From NCBI GenBank assembly GCA_002269645.1, contig NIVC01004363.1, positions 1 to 48,462 on the forward strand: a DNA stretch of 48,462 nt, given 5' to 3'. Position numbers and translations under genes: made by a program. This document shows, in pieces, positions 1 through 11,593 of this stretch. Position 1 is the stretch's first letter. Every line of letters starts with the position of its first letter. Source of the stretch: Macrostomum lignano. Taxonomy: Eukaryota. Below the pieces are notes generated by a model that worked only from the letters and a program-made list of their open reading frames with translations, had not been told where the DNA came from and did no database searches.

Positions 1-1733
1 CGGATCCCATCTTCAAGAGTCGGGTATGCTGACGACGTCACTGCCATTGTGGCTGGCCGTCCCCCGGCAGCGCTCAGGGATCTGATGCAGAGCTTTATCC
101 GCAAAGCAGAATCCTGGCCAATGACAACGGTCTGGAACTCTCTGAGCCCAAAACTGTTGCCATTATGTTCAACAGCAGAATACGCTGGAACATACGACCT
201 CTGCAGTTATACGGCAGAGATATTGCCTTCGCGCATCAGACCAGATGTCTCGGGTCATACTTCTTGACCACCGGCTCAACTGGTCCTTCCACGTGAAAGC
301 AAAAGCGAAGCGTGCCTCAGCCATCCTGGCCCAGCTCCGACGAGCACTTTGGTGGATCTACACTTCCGTAGTTAGACCTGCCATTTTGTCTGGGTTAGCG
401 CTACCCAGGTCAAAAGCCATGCAGATTTGCTCAACACGATTCAGGGCAGAGCGTGTAGGCTCATCTGCAACGCCACCAGATCCACGCTCTTTGCCGGCAT
501 GGGGCCTTCCTTAATCTACCGCCTCTCGACCTCTTCGTCCATTCCGCTAATCCCTGAACGGCCGACGCGTATGGACGAAGGGTTGGCGCCGCCCAGGGAG
601 GTCCCCGTGTCGCCAGCAGCTATAGTGCTCTCTGGAAAGGAGAGTTCAGCCCTGCGGGTGGCCCGGAGGTAGCGCATGAGCTGATTAAAGTTTTCAGGTT
701 TGCACGCTTCAGTAATAGATGTGTGTGGCCCGAGGTAATTGAGTCTGGCTCACGTAAAGGCGGGACAGATGCTGACGAAATGCTCAGCGGTTTCGTCACC
801 TGAGTTACAGAAACTGCAGATGGCGTTGGTGGCATTGCCCTGCAGGTACTGGTGCCTAGAGAAGCAGCCGTGACCTGAGAGGGTCATGGTGGCAGCCCGG
901 ATGTCTTTGCGCAAGAGGCGCAAGAGGAGCTTCCGGAGCTGGTGAGAGGGCTGAGGGACAACGCCTCTGGATTGCCTGCAGGTGGCGCAGTTCGCCCAAG
1001 TCGAGCGGTGCTGGGTCCTGACTCCTGATCCACGCTTTGATGCGCGAGTTGATGACACAGCCAGGAATCGGGACAAGGGGTTCGGGACCGAGAGAGGAGC
1101 CGGAGGCGCCAACTTTAGCAAGGGCGTCAGCCAACTCATTTCCTCGGATCCCTACATGCCCGGAACCCACTTAAGGGTAATTTTGTTGGTGGAGCCCAAC
1201 ATGTTGAGGAGTTTGATACAGTCGAGGACTGTAGCAGAATTGGTACTACAGCCACTGATGGCGTGCAAGGCAGCTTGGCTGTCCGAATGGAAAATGATGT
1301 TCTTACCGGATACGCCAGTGGCGAGAAGCTCTGCAATGCAGGAGCTGATGGCGAGAACTTCATTTTGGAAGACACTGGAGTTGACCCCAGTGTACTGAGC
1401 GTGGGTTGCGATGACCCTCCCGTTCAGGAAGATTCCAACACCAAAACCGGTGTTGGCTGACTGCTTAGAACCGTCGGTGTAGCAATGAAGCTCACCAAGG
1501 TTCCATTGGTCATTGATGGTATCGCGCGAGTCGATAGCTACGGAGTAGCGTTGTCTCAGGTTGAGCATTGAGGCAATGCCATCGGTGAAGACGCGATTGG
1601 CCTGAAACTCGTTGAGAATGTTAAGGCACAGGTTGCTATGCGGGACGAGGTTCCGCTTAGCAGGTGCCCTCATGTAAAGGAATTTGACACTGGCATCAAG
1701 TAAATGCCGCATCATTCTAGCCGCCTCACCAGT
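1..1733. mobile_element. Decayed non-LTR retrotransposon with RT + RNase H + CCHC knuckle (I/R1/LOA-type). RT C-terminus on + (1-~540); RNase H and CCHC on - (~1733-541)
   Basis: + strand: GYADDV, ILDHRLNWSFHV, WIYTSVVRP, LNTIQGRACRLICNATRST, LNLPPLDLFV (frameshifted). - strand: GEAARMMRHLL, YTDGSK, SVFQNEVLAI, FHSDSQAAL, LKWVPG/GHVGIRGNELADALAK, CSFCNSGDETAEHFVSIC. Runs off the left window edge. Confidence 0.9.
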
Positions 1734-2535
1734 CCACTGTATCCTAGCAAAGGATCTCTATCTCCATTATGTTTACTTAGTCTGGGTGCCCTACAACCTC
1801 ACTGCAGACCAGCAACAGGCTTGTGTGAACTGCGCTTGAAGGAGATCTACAAGGTGTTTAGTAGTTGGGGCTTGAATAATATCTTAAACTGCTTGGTTAT
1901 TGAGGATGAAACCTAGTTCTACCTAGATGGCAAAGGCAGCAAGGCAGACAATTGCTGCTGGCTGGGAGCTGGGGACTCCAAGGTGACTGTGACAAGGAGG
2001 TCTATCTTGGACAAGAAGACTATGCTACTAGTGGCCTTTATGCCAAACAAATGAGTCTCTATCTGCATGCACAACACTGCCAAATACTAAGGTCAATGGT
2101 TAGTATTTTATTGACTTAGTCCAGCACACTAGGGATCTCTGGCAGTCTCTCTAGTCAAATCTAATTCATCTGGACAAGGTTCTATTGCAGATAGACAATG
2201 TATAGCCATATATCTATCTATAAGGCTGTTTAAGATTTTCTGGCTAGATGGCATTGGCAAGTGAATCTGTTCTGGCAAAGTCCATACAGCTTGGACTTCA
2301 ACTTGTATAATAGATTTCTGTTCAAATAGTTAAAGGCTGACTTTTCCAAGAGGAGTTTTACAAACCATGACAAGGTCAAAAAAGCTGTGTTGCACTAGTT
2401 CTAGCAGCTAGAGGTAAACCACTTGCAGGCTAAGGTAGAAAAGCTATATGAGCACTGCCAGAGAATGATTGATATTGGCCATTTGGGGGACAACTATGTT
2501 GTTGATTGATACAGTTTTGTTCATCTGCAATTGTA
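1732..2535 (+). mobile_element. 5'-truncated, heavily C>T-mutated Tc1/mariner transposase relic
   Basis: Degenerate motifs: WVPYNLT (WVPHxLT), VIEDET* (GDETW), LLQIDNV*PY at 2182-2211 (DNARPH), SPYSLDFNLYNRFLF at 2279-2323 (SPYSPDxxxCDxFLF). Nine premature stops plus frameshifts. Right TIR not confidently identified. Confidence 0.85.
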
Positions 2536-4334
2536 AGTTTGTCTATTTTCACATTAGTGACATTACTTATATCTTATGACATACCCAAAGTAGTTAATAA
2601 TTTTGCATTTAGATTACATAATGAATCTTTGTATGTTTTAAAGTAGCTATTGCATTAATTTAATTAAACTAATGTGATTTGCTATAATTGACTATATACT
2701 TTTTAGTTATAAATGTTCAATAAATTATAGATAAATTTTTATTGAGATTTTTTTTAAATGAAACCAAAGAATATTTATTGCAATGGGAAACATATTTAAT
2801 GACACAAAACTATTCAAAAACATAGCACTTGTTAGGTAGACAATGATATAATTTCAGTAGGTGGGTATGTATAGTGTAGGCGGATGTCCAGCCATCTAGT
2901 CACTACAAGCAATACTCAGAGACAATCAGTTGAAACTTACTGAGATAAAGCCACGGATTATAATAACTATATGAATATAATTAAAAATTAAAATTGAAAA
3001 TTAGTTCAAGATTAATCTAAAAATAATAATTATAACTAAACTAAATAGTTTTGTGTCACAAAATGTGTCTCTTATTGCAATAAGTATGCTTTGACATTCA
3101 TTTAAGTTGAAAAATAATTAAATGTGTGCTTCTTTTCAATTCTTAATATGTGCAAAGTGGCAGTGCCAGGATGCCAATTCTAGGATGTAATTCTTATATA
3201 AAAATAGGACACATTATTACTTATATAAAAATAAATAGCAATTAGCAGAATTGCTTTAATTCAATTGATGCTAGGCCTAATACTTATAATAGGGGGCCTA
3301 GTAATAATATTAGATAGTTGTCAGATATCAATATTTAAAAAAATGAGTTTGTTATCTTATCACTATCTCATTATAATATCATAACACAGACATTGTATTT
3401 AATATTCTGTGCCAGACGAAATGAATGCTGTATTTTTCAGATGAGAGAGTGGCAGACGAACTGGCATCAGATTCAGACGATTGAGGTTTGAGACGAATTG
3501 ACTGTCAAACTTTTAAGACCTTGGCCATAGCCCATAATCCCATATGATGTGATCTCACTGGAGAATACAGATTCTGGCCTTATGATGCTTAAAAGGAAGA
3601 GTTACTTTAAAATAGTTTAAGAGATATTTACTACAATAGCCATTTCAGAAGAAAATTACAAAAAAATCACACAAGAATTAGAAAGCTACATGGTATATGG
3701 TAATGGTAACATGGTATTTGGTTCAATACATATGCACAGTTGACAACTAAAAGTGTCGTATGTAAGGCATATTACTTTTACTCGTACATGGCAAAAAAGA
3801 GAAAGGTAATTTCTTAGCAAAATACGATCTGATCATTGCATTTTGTGCGTCTTAGCAATCCTGATTAAATCTGACGCCTACCATTTTCTTAGAACGAGCG
3901 TTTACCAAATTAGCGCTTTGTTGTCAGTGGTATAACAAAAGATGTTTATCTCTGACAAAGTTTAAAATTTTGCCTGATAATGCTGAAATTCATAAGAAAA
4001 TGCAGATTCATTAATAATTTAACCTAATGTTTGCTGAGTCTAGAAACTAGCGGAAAGCGAACTTCATGAAAAAAACAAGACTAGGTACTGGTAGGTGAAG
4101 CCTACAATTTATCGTAAAGCTCCCCCCAGTGGAAAACCTTTCCACTTCGTGTAATGCGTCATACTTTCCTTGCGTGGAAAGTCATTTTCCACCCAATTTA
4201 AAACGCGAACCCATCCCGTTAATTATATTTTAATGTGTACTATATGTACGTGCCATACAGTATATGCACATTGCACAATGTACATGTATATTATGCATAA
4301 TGTAATGTTATGTATCACCTACCAAAGGTACATG

Positions 4335-4660
4335 TAGTCTGCTGGTTATAGCGTCGGACTCATGACTGAAAGGTCGGGCCGGGTTAGATTCTCGATCCAT
4401 TCGGAACAATTGTTTGCGTCTTTGAGCACTTATATTACATGTAACTCTGCATTTTCACTAAATTCATCCAGCTGTAACAATGGGTTCCGTATTAGCTGGG
4501 GTAATTGAGGGCGTGTGTGGCGAATCCCCAGTCGTTGGAATGAACAGCTTGATTACGCAGTCCTTGAGATGCTGCGGCTGAACTGTCGTTGCACGTCTGC
4601 CCAATAGGGCAGGTACATGTATAGTCAATTAATGTATGACTATATACAATTAAATGATTA
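4335..4660 (+). mobile_element. Probable tRNA-derived SINE (pol III head, central domain, AT-rich tail)
   Basis: A-box-like TAGTCTGCTGG, anticodon-like loop GGACTCATGAC, B-box-like GGTTAGATTCTC, then a CCAGCTGTAACAATGGGT motif resembling conserved SINE central domains, then an AT tail. No second copy in the window. Confidence 0.5.
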
Positions 4661-6060
4661 AAATTGGGTTTTACCCGGTGTTAATCGTCAACATCCGTAA
4701 CCCTTTCCCACCCGGTGGCTCATGGGATAAAAGAGTCTGCACTCGCCAGGGGGTCAGACTCGTGTGTAATTTGCCCCCCCCCCTGAACCCTTGTCTTAAA
4801 CTTCCAATACTCGAGGTCCCTACCTTTAAGTTCGAATTGCCTAAGTCCCGACCAGCTCCCTTCCGACTATAGCCATGGTACCTCTATTAACTTTTTTGAC
4901 ACTGCGTGAAATTAACCCTAATTAATAAACTTATAGCCTTAGCGAATTATCATCTGCGGAAGCGTAGCTAAAAGCGCTGTTTAAATAAACCAAAAGTTCT
5001 CTGGGACTTCGTGACCAGCTTGCATTGCATTTCCTGATCCATACATGTAGTGATCCAAAACTAAGAAGATTTCTCAGACTATAGTTCTATAGCTAAACCC
5101 AACTGTCTCAGGATTTTTTCCGCGCATCACCACAGCGTGGCAGCGACCTACTAAAAGTAAAATGTTAGGCAAATCTACTGCATTCAACTATTATGATAAA
5201 AAGATTACATTTTTATAAAATTACCCCCCCCCCTGGCCCTAGCATGTGCACAGCTAGTGCATACTCAAGTTGGTTTTTGTTTAAAGGGTTTGAGCTGTTT
5301 AAATTGCGTCACTCGAACTGATAAGTAGCCTACTAGCTGTTTTTGGTTATTTACATTAAATGTTGCTATTAGGTGCTGGCACAATATTGCACATCACACT
5401 CGGTGACTCAGTGGCACTAAGATCGAACTTTAGAAGAAACTTTATAGAAGTTCAAGACCTGTGGAACAGACTTACGCATATAGGTCGTGATCGTGAATAC
5501 AGATGAGCGTACATGTACGTACGTTCAATATTCAACCGCTTCATATAGTTTGAGCCAGAAAATGGAAAAAAATCACAGTACATATATATACCTTACGCAT
5601 CGAAAGGCATATCTGTTGTTAGCAACATGCAATGTTGGGAGAGGGAGAGAGGGAGGGAGAGAGAGAGGTTACATTAGCTGAAGCACACTCCGTCTTACTG
5701 TGCCAATTCGCGCGCCACTGAACAATAGCTAAGAAGGCGGGGACTGCGCGAGTACTGGGGGGGGGAGGGCGTGAATTGCAACTCAGCTGCCCAAAGCTTG
5801 CAGCCCCCGAATGGCATAACCAATATTGTATTAAACTTCTAGCGAAAGCCTCACTTGAGTGGCTGTGGTAGAGCCAGGAATATATTTAACCGAAGAAAAT
5901 TGTGCACTTGGGCTATATGCGTCGCATTCATTGAGCTACACATAGTCGCAAGTTTTGCTGTGCCACCATAGTAACAAAACAATTTATTGGATTGTTTTGC
6001 TTCATTTATAAGATAAGCATAACAGAAAAAGCGAATATTTACCAATTATTGAACTGGCAA

Positions 6061-8596
6061 ATGGCTCCAGTTTGCAGCTGCATGAAAACGGCCCTCCGTC
6101 ATCTCTGCAACCGAATGCAGAGCAATCGCTTGCAGGCCAGAGGTCTGCGCCAACACCTGCTGTTATCCTTGCCGCTAATCGCTGCCATTGTGCTGCTCAT
6201 TGTCCTGTTGAACCAGCTATTCTCAAGCATAGAAGAGCTCTCTGTTGAGCTGCACCCGGACCCTGAGCTGCCGCAGTCGGAGCTAAAAGAGATTGCTGAA
6301 AGATTCTCTATTTCGAAATTGGACCAGAGTCACCGCATAATCAGCCTGCCAGTGACAAAGAAAATTCATTTCATGTACAAAGGCTACAAGCTGGATGTCC
6401 ACTTCGCTCCGCTGCTCAAGTCTTGGAGGTAAGACTGAGTATGTCGTTACAAGTATATACATTCCAGTTCAAGTGCAAATTAGTCAATCAGAGCGCATCT
6501 CAATATAAATGACTATAATGCACTTGACTGCTGAATCATTGCATTTCGATCATGGCTACTGAATGCCACCCAGCACACACGTATCGAACTGACCGAGTAA
6601 ACCATTTTCAATCACAATTTTCTCTTGCCAGAAAGGTGTACCCAGAATACAGAATGTACTTTTGGACGGACGATGAGATCGACCTGCTGATTAGTCGGCG
6701 TTACCCAGCCTGGCAGGACATGTACACCTTCAATCTCTCCAACTACATGGAGCGGTCGGACACCGCCAGAGCCTTCGTGCTGCACGCCATTGGCGGCTGG
6801 TACGCCGACCTCGACACCGGCTGCCTGAGCCGGGCGGACGGGTACGCAGCCAGACACGCTTTGATCTTACCGCTGGAGCCCTACCTGCACGCGCTGAACA
6901 ACTTCCGTATGCGCCGGTTGGTGAGCAACGCCATCATGTACAGCGCTCCGGGTCACCCGTTCTGGATGTTCTACCTGGAGCTCCTGCGCGAGTCGCTGGT
7001 CGGCAAGGAGTCTCGAACAAGTACAACGCAGGCGGCGGGCACAACGGGACCTGTGCTTCTTACTCACTGCACGCATATCTTCCAGCAGGTGGGTTGGCCG
7101 GCGGCTATTTATTGTGAAAGTCTAAATGGGAGCATGAGTTGCCAGTCTTGAATATCTTGAATAGCATTGTCCTGCACTCACTCACAGATAGCTCGTTGCA
7201 GCCAGCATTTACAGTGATCTCTATTGTCTGCCTCTGTACTGTAGCTGGCGCCTCCTCTGTAGCTGGCGCCTCCTCTGTAGCTGGCGCACCCCCCTCTGTA
7301 GCTGGCGCCTCCTCTGTAGCTGGCGCCTCCTCTGTAGCTGGCGCCCCCCTCTGTAGCTGGCGCCTCCTCTGTAGCTGGCGCCCCCCTCTGTAGCTGGCGC
7401 CTCCTCCGTAGCTGGCGCCTCCTCTGTAGCTGGCGCCCCCCTCTGTAGCTGGCGCCTCCTCTGTAGCTGGCGCCCCCCCCCCTCTGTAGCTGGCGCCTCC
7501 TCTGTAGCTGGCGCCCCCCCTCTGTAGCTGGCGCCTCCTCTGTAGCTGGCGTCTCCTCCGTAGCTGGCGCCTCCTCTGTAGCTGGCGCCCCCCTCTGTAG
7601 CTGGCGCCTCCTCTGTAGCTGGCGCCCCCCTCTGTAGCTGGCGCCTCCTCTGTAGCTGGCGCCTCCTCTGTAGCTGGCGCCCCTCCGTAGCTGGCGCCTC
7701 CTCTGTAGCTGGCGCCCCCCTCTGTAGCTGGCGCCTCCTCTGTAGCTGGCGCCCCCCCTCTGTAGCTGGCGCCTCCTCTATAGCTGGCGCCCCCCCTCTG
7801 TAGCTGGCGCCTCCTCTGTAGCTGGCGCCCCCCCTCTGTAGCTGGCGCCCCTCTGTAGCTGGCGCCCTTCTCTGTAGCTGGCGCCCCCTCTGTAGCTGGC
7901 GCCCCCTCTGTAGCTGGCGCCCCCCTTTGTAGCTGGCGCCCCCTCTGTAGCTGGCGCCCCCTTTGTAGCTGGCGCCCCCTCTGTAGCTGGCGCCCTTCTC
8001 TGTAGCTGGCGCCCCCTCTGTAGCTGGCGCCCCCTCTGTAGCTGGCGCCCCCTTTGTAGCTGGCGCCCCCTCTGTAGCTGGCGCCCCCTCTGGCTCTGTA
8101 GCTGTAGCTGAAAGTGAAATATGAAAATGTGAAAAGTGAAATTTTCACAGACAATTTCTTGCCGAATTCGTCAGCTGTCATTGCTGTCATCCTATATACT
8201 AAAAATGAAAATTAATTTACTAAACTTGCATCGCAGGCCAACAAAGACCGGGGCTGCCCGGGCTCCTGGTGTCCTCATCTGCCCCCGCCGGTGAAGTTCC
8301 TGCCTCACTACGATGACAGCTTTGAGGAGACGCGGCAGACGTTTTGGAGAATGTGCACCAGCCTCCGGCTCAGGAAACAGTTCGACAGCAGACAGTTTGA
8401 GGACGAGTGCAGGCGGCTCGAGGCGCACGAGTACCTCAATGCCCCGCTGGACCCCACCGAGTCGCACACCTATCACGAGTTCTATCACCTGAACGAGAAG
8501 AAGAGTGACGCTGGACGACAAAAAGTCGACGCGCGCAAATTGGGTCTCGACTTTGTGCTTGGCAACAGTCTGGTTGCCGAAATAGAGAAACTGTAA
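6061..8596 (+). CDS. GT32/DxD sugar-binding glycosyltransferase (SUR1/OCH1-like, type II membrane), paralogue 1; join(6061-6428,6632-7088,8237-8596), 394 aa
   Basis: N-terminal TM (LLLSLPLIAAIVLLIVLL), KIHFMY, YFWTDDE, ERSDTARAFVLHAIGGWYADLD, SNAIMYSAPGHPFW, TGPVLLT. GT-AG introns in phase 2 and 0; total 1185 nt is a multiple of 3. Confidence 0.88.
7239..8104. repeat. Minisatellite, ~18-bp unit GTAGCTGGCGCC(T/C)CCTCT, in GT1 intron 2
   Basis: Direct reading of the tandem array; unit length varies in the C-run. Confidence 0.95.
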
Positions 8597-9763
8597 CAGT
8601 TCAAAGAGCTCTTTTCTTCTACAGAACCGCTTTCTCAACTTTATCTGAGCCAACGTTTGCGGTCAATTAACCCCCAGAGAAGGGTGCGGATATGGGAAGG
8701 CATAACGTAAGCTACAGATTAATACTCAAGTCTGTATTCCTCCATCATCTAGGGGCGCCTCCCAAGGGCATTTTCGGATTGAGGAGCCACCAATTCCACT
8801 TTGAGAGCCTTCAACTTGACCTCATGAATTGCTCATTTTTTATAACCATTACAATTAGGCTTTAACACTGGCTCTGCTGCTTGATTTCGAAATGTATTTT
8901 TACATTGTCCTTTATGAGTATTAATAAGTGCGGGCACTTGAACTTCGATGCTTACTGCTTGTTATTCCATTATTATCAGTAGCTTAAGTAAACAGATATA
9001 ATATATTTTGTTCTTATGCTTAATGCGCTTCATTGTGAAGAGAATTAGTACGAACCGGAGTTTTGGTGTGGCCTCAAGTTCTTGCATCAGAGTGGCATCA
9101 AAGCTGTTTCCCAGGATACAATATTGGCCGATGTAGGTTAATGTTTTTATCAGCAGCGTCAAGCTTGTAGTAAACGAGTGGAACTCCTCCTTCGGAGAAG
9201 AGAGGGGAAGAACTCCCATCACCGGAATTCCATTCCCTGAAATCCATCAGCTGAAACTCCATGACTTGAATCCCATCTTCCAAATCATCTTCAAATCCTC
9301 TGTAAAGCCTGTAAAGCGAGCAAAATTAATGCGACCCAAGCGCGCAAAAACCGCAACTTTAACGACTGAGACAGAAGTGCCGATGTACTGATGAACGCGG
9401 GGAAGAACAGGTGTGCACTTCTTTTGACACCGAGCCCAAAACCCCGACATCACTGGCGATCTGACTCTAGGGAAACAACTGTGGGCCAGAAGCTTCAGCA
9501 GCCAGTGTCTACTCTCTGGCCCAAAAAGCACTGCGGCCGATGAGCGGTTGAAGACCACTGCATGTCTTCAACCTGCTGATGACAGCCTGGCAGAAGAGAA
9601 TCCAGCAGCCTCAGACCTCGGCATGCCCTGCCGGTCAGAAGTGGCGAGCCCTCCCTATTGTGAGAAGCCCCACCCACCCAGGTAGAACTGCACTGACAAT
9701 AAGCCCGTGTGTCTTATTATTCTATTTCAAGCTACAACACTCAGATGCGGCTTGTGCCACTGA

Positions 9764-11593
9764 CAACAACAACAAAATACGCTGTCAACCAGTTAAAGCT
9801 AGTCAATCGAGGCAAGCAAAAACAACGTCACAGGGCGCATTTCAGGGCCTCGGCGCGAACGTAGGCCGCACCGCCTACCGCCTCCGGCTTGGATGATATG
9901 GCCTGGAGTAACAGTTGGCGCAACAGTTCGCTGGGACGGGACAGGCCGGTGCGGCGATAGAGTGCCGCATCGGTAACTCGCTCGTAGCCGATCTTGTAGG
10001 CGGCGCGCAGCAGGCCAGCGTGCGCCGCATCGACCTGCTATTCGAGCGACCCCGTCAGGGTCCAGGTCTCGGCGTTGTACGACAGCACGGTCTACTGTTG
10101 TACAACAGGGTGGTCTCAATCACCGCCTGGAACAACGCCGTCCTCTGGCGGTCAGGCAGGGCTGCCCAGGCAAGCCCACGGCGTCGTCGCAGGTCCTCGT
10201 GAACGTCAGGCACGAGACCGAAAGTAGACGAACTGCTGATAGCACGGGAGCTTCGTCACCTGTCCGTCGGCTCCTCGGCAGAAAACTGCAGCCTCGATGT
10301 CGTCCGGCACGCAGAGCACGACGGTCTTCTGCATGTTGACCACCAGGCCGACACTCACCGCAACGCTCACCAGCCGGTCCAGCTGCGTTGGGCTCCCTCG
10401 ACGGTCGAGGACAGCAGGGCGAGATCATCGGCGTAGCCCAGCACGCTGAGCCGCCTTTCCGGTTGGCGTCGATCCCCGCGTCGCTGCAACAGGAAGCCGT
10501 CGTCGTTAGAAGGGACAGCAGTTCGTAGCACCCAGTCAAGCACCAGGACGAACAGGAACGCGCAAGCTTATCTCCCTGAAGCACCCCACAGGATGTCTCA
10601 AAGAAATCCGACAGGCCGTTCGGTGTTAGCACAGCAGAGTTCGTGCCGTGATACAGCGCCATGACGGCGGAGATCAGCTGCTCTGGTACGTTGTACGCAC
10701 GAAGCACCATTGGGAGCACGGCCCTCATGACCGAGTCGAAGCCTTCCTAAATCTATGAAGATAACAATCAGGATCTACTGGCGTGTCCGCGCTTCCTCGA
10801 TGACTCGGCGAAGAGCCAGGATCTGAGCCACTGTGCCGCGGTGGGGCGGGAACCCGTTCTGCTCAGGACGCAGGTACGACGCAGCTTCTAGTTGAACAGC
10901 TTCGCTACGCAGAACTGCAGACAGATACCTCGGTACTCCTCAAGCCACGTGGTGCCCGGCTTCTCCGGAACGGCGACGATGTACGCCGTGGTCCATTCGT
11001 TGGGTGCCGCCTCACCGAAAAGCGCGCAGTTCATCACGCTGGCGACCTCGCTGGCCACACAGTGGATGCGCAGCGCCTCGATGAGCATCTCGTCCGGACC
11101 CAGCGTTTTGCCGCCCAGAGTCTTCTAGGTGAGCATCACAACGTCGGCTGTGCTGAATGGTGCTACATTGAGACTCTTCTCTGTCGGTAGTGGCGTCCCC
11201 GGCGGCAGCCTCAAATCGTTTAGCAGCGGGGGCGGCGCCGCGTTGACGATGGCGGCGAGGAACTCGCGCAGTTCATTTCTGCGCTCATCCAGAGTATCGC
11301 CAGCCAGGCTGAGCGGGATGCGCCGCTTCCGCCCGGTCAGAGCATTGATGGTGGACCAGGCCACGCGCCCTTTGGTATCGGATCCAGCGGCGGTGACGGC
11401 CTGGATGACGTCGTCAATAGCGGCCTGTCGTCGATGCAGGTAGACAGCCGCCAGAGCATCCTCCGCCTCACGAGTTGGCCGCCTGCTCAGACGGAGCCTC
11501 TCCAGCTCTGTTCTCGCTTGCCGAATCGCAGGTCCATGTACTCGGGGCCACCCGCAGCAGTCACCAAGCGCGCTGACGAATGCACTAGCAAAA
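9764..11593 (-). mobile_element. 5'-truncated, decayed RTE-type LINE (RT and C-terminus)
   Basis: EWTTAYIVAVPEKPG, EYRGICLQ, EQNGFRPHRGT, GVLQGD, LGYADDLALL, IETTLLYN on the - strand with frameshifts. (TTG)3 3' tail at 9764-9775. Possible 11-bp TSD with one mismatch: TGCCACTGACA 9755-9765 and TGCTACTGACA 11594-11604. Homologous to the copy at 35455. Confidence 0.88.

Noticed and set aside
1-1733. Twin-priming explanation for the LINE inversion
   Set aside because: Twin priming yields divergent segments with the 3' tail outermost; here the segments converge and the 3' end is internal.
3440-3960. Coding-like texture after the CpG-poor zone
   Set aside because: Multiple stops in all frames examined and no recognisable motif; left unannotated.
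7105-8190. 361-aa GGASYR/APATE ORF with an ATG
   Set aside because: Antisense reading of an intronic minisatellite. Frames shift with C-run length and the flanks are not protein-like.
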